Of a stretch of DNA of 64,000 nt, positions 61,511 to 64,000 are shown piece by piece (position 1 is the first letter of the stretch; every line of letters begins with the position of its first letter). Below the pieces are notes generated by a model. It did no database searches. It saw only the letters and a program-made list of their open reading frames with translations, and was not told where the DNA came from. The stretch spans positions 1-64,000 of the forward strand of contig NW_003314395.1 in assembly GCF_000143415.4 (NCBI RefSeq). The letters run 5' to 3'. Origin of the DNA: Selaginella moellendorffii. Its lineage: Eukaryota > Plantae > Lycopodiophyta. A program made the position numbers and the translations under genes.

Positions 61511-62128
61511 TAATGTGGGGTAGCCTGTGCATGTGCTGGAACTCCAATAGGGGCTGTGGAGCCGGGCAGCCAAGGTTTAACCTCGACTGCCCTCAACACT
61601 CCCATTCCCCACTATCCTTCCAATGCTTGTGGCTTACCATGTCCCAAGGAGACAAGTATATGATGATTGTCATATCAATGATAGTGTCAATGTCAAATAT
61701 ATCATTCCACCATCACTCTATAGCACTTGTGTGTTGCCATTTTTATCTTTTAACATTTTGTAAGCAATTGAAGCAATTGTATGTGAAGTGATAATAGGTC
61801 ATTAATTCAAGGCATTAAAAGTATTCTCTTGAGCTCATGCATACCATCATTATTATCTCCAAATCCATCAAAACAATCTTTATTGTCTCATCTAGAGACA
61901 ATATCATCTATATGGTGTATGTACCAATACCAGAAACAACTTATTGTTCACAACTTTGAGTTCAAGAGGGTATAAATCAGCACCACACTATCGATCAATT
62001 CATTAGTGCTGAATTCATCCAGTCCTTCTTCGCTTGCATGTGAGTCTTGGGTGGAAGCTTCAACCTGGATCAAATTACTGAGCAAAGCACAATTGTTTCA
62101 CGGACATAGTTAATGACAAACCAAACAA

Positions 62129-63563
62129 TCAAAAGAATGCTCCAAACCTCTGGCCTGGGCTTGCACCAGTGCTGCTGCTGTTGCTACCGCAACTGGTAAA
62201 TTTTGTCACCAGCATGTTGCCCAAGAACCTCTCCATCACACCGCTGGGCATGCAGAGCGCCACCTTTCGCTCCCGCCCTCCTTTAGCAGTGGGCAGGACG
62301 AAAGCAGTGCCGTCTCCAAACCATACCTCGGGGACAAGCGTGTAGTGAACCTGTTGCCCCCAACCAAAATCGGTTTTGAAGATGGGAAACGTGTGCATGG
62401 TGGTGCAGTTCACATCCCTGCCGGCATAGTAGTCCACGTTAAACGCAAACTCAAGGCCTTTCCGGCGCTGGATTTCCATCCAGTCGACAGCTGATTGGAT
62501 GTATTCGCCACTGATCTTGGCAATGTCGTTGTGGATGAGCTTTGCGGCGAACGAGATGTGGTGGGACTTGATATCGCCGGCCCTGGCCGGGAGGGTCGCC
62601 AAGTGGATGGCATTTCCAAAGTAGCTCATCGGGACCGGAGGGTCCTTAAATCGCTTGTTGCCCCTGCAAGACACCGGGTACATGTACCGCGTGGTGGCAT
62701 CGTTGGGCAGCTCGCGAGCCTCGGTGATGGACTTCCAGATAAGAGCCGAGAGAGCCACGAAGCTGCTGGCCCGGCCGAAGCCAAACGGGCCAGCCTCGAC
62801 CTCGTGGACGAGCGCGTCCATGCCCGATGAGCTGACGGTGATGGTCTTCTTGCGATAAGTGGAAGCCGCGTCGACGATCTGGTAGCCGAGCTTCTCGGCG
62901 GCGACATAGTCCCGCATTGGAATGGTCACCCTTGGTGGGTTGCGGGCTTGGAACAGCTCCGCATGGAACAGCGGTGGGGTGATTGCCAATCCCCGGTGGA
63001 TCCGCGACCAGGCATGGAAGAATTCGGACACGGAGTAGCCGTCTGCTACAGTCTCACACAACGCACCGCCTAGAGTAATGCCACCACAGCCAAAACGCGT
63101 AATCTACATATAAACATCGATCAGAGTAGTTCTTCCTATACTTCACACCTGGATTTGCAGCGTGGGCGAGTTGTCGCAAAACCTGTCCTGGGTGTTGAGT
63201 TGCTGCTCGATGGAGCAATCGTCCAAGCTCTGCCAGTCATCAAACCTGGCATCGGTGGAGGCCACCCGGAGCGGAATGCCCGCGTCGTTGCAGTTGACTT
63301 TGGGGGGAGCCATCGGTACCAGCTTGAACTCTCCCTGCAAACACAAAGTAGTGAGTGAGGGTGAGCGCTAGGGAGCGCTTGAGCTTGGCAACGGTGGCTT
63401 CAAATGGTTGTGGAGCTTGTGGTGGCAAGTAGTAGTGCACGAAACTGGAATAGAACGAGGAGCTTGCTAGGAGATCGACGTTCGAAAGGGATTTCCAGCA
63501 GGGCTGTGGAGTTGGAGATGCGGGTGTGACATTGTGAATGCGGATTAGGGAGACGGAGGCCAT
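62129..63563 (-). CDS. BAHD acyltransferase, HxxxD changed to ExxxD, +1 frameshift in exon 1 (possible pseudogene)
   Basis: FAGR, LQIQ|ITRFGCGG with the conserved BAHD intron, YFGNA, DFGWG; extra C in a homopolymer at 63302-63307. Confidence 0.88.
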
Positions 63564-64000
63564 TGCAGCTCATGGGAAAAACTTGGTCTCGCTTGGAGAT
63601 TAATAGCATTGAACTTCCCACGAGATGCATGCCGCTCCGTTGGTTACTGTGGTGTATTCACGTAATTCAGGTTTTTAGACTCTCTCAATTTCACGTTACC
63701 AACGTTACTGGTTTGTAATCCAGGTTGGAGAGTCAATCTGTGAATGGAAGCAAGGATCAGAAGGTGAATTGAAGCAACAAGTTGACTGGGGAATTTAACT
63801 GTTAAGGATACGGAGGAGATCTGCGCGCCATCGCTGGATCACACGAGTTCTAGCAGCAGTACTAGTACTTCCATGGCGGAATCTTCTTCGTGTAGCACTA
63901 GCACCACCGCGGCCAATTCTTCTTCTTCCTTGGAAGAGGAGCATCACGTCTAACGAGATCATTCCAGGGAGAAAGAAACAAAATTTTAAAGAGTGTTTGG

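Noticed and set aside
41161-63563. Possible biosynthetic gene cluster (CPI1, TKPR2, glycosyltransferase-like, GH1, BAHD)
   Set aside because: No scaffold-forming enzyme or P450; the genes belong to unrelated conserved pathways and are interspersed with PPR, COQ10 and SET genes.
63873-63953. 26-codon Ser-rich ORF at the window end
   Set aside because: Too short, no recognisable motif, and its context is cut by the window edge.

Overview
Eukaryotic nuclear DNA from a compact land-plant genome. Very short introns, a PLS-class PPR gene and a fungal-like chromovirus point to a lycophyte, most likely Selaginella (inference). Bases 1 to ~40,100 are a heavily rearranged segmental-duplication array. 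The ~8.2-kb unit carries an NHL-repeat gene, a beta-tubulin 3' fragment, a His/Pro/Ala-rich single-pass membrane-protein ORF, PPR debris, a small Cys-containing ORF and an AT-rich spacer. There are four direct copies (some truncated) and one inverted partial copy. The array is interrupted by an old AT-rich Ty3/gypsy remnant, a full-length chromovirus (13660-19208) with signs of self-priming and -1 frameshifting, a short-LTR element lacking protease and RT (32321-35654), and a 26S rRNA fragment. Only the His-rich membrane ORF is intact in all four direct copies; it is the best candidate for an undescribed system. Bases ~41,100-63,600 are ordinary gene-dense sequence: CPI1, CRP1-like PPR, TKPR2, an At4g22758-like gene, an At3g26950-like gene, COQ10, a PLS-E PPR, a SET/Rubisco-LSMT-like gene, a GH1 beta-glucosidase, a copia remnant, and a BAHD acyltransferase with an altered catalytic motif and a frameshift. 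All alignments and counts were done by eye. Family calls rest on remembered motifs, not database searches.
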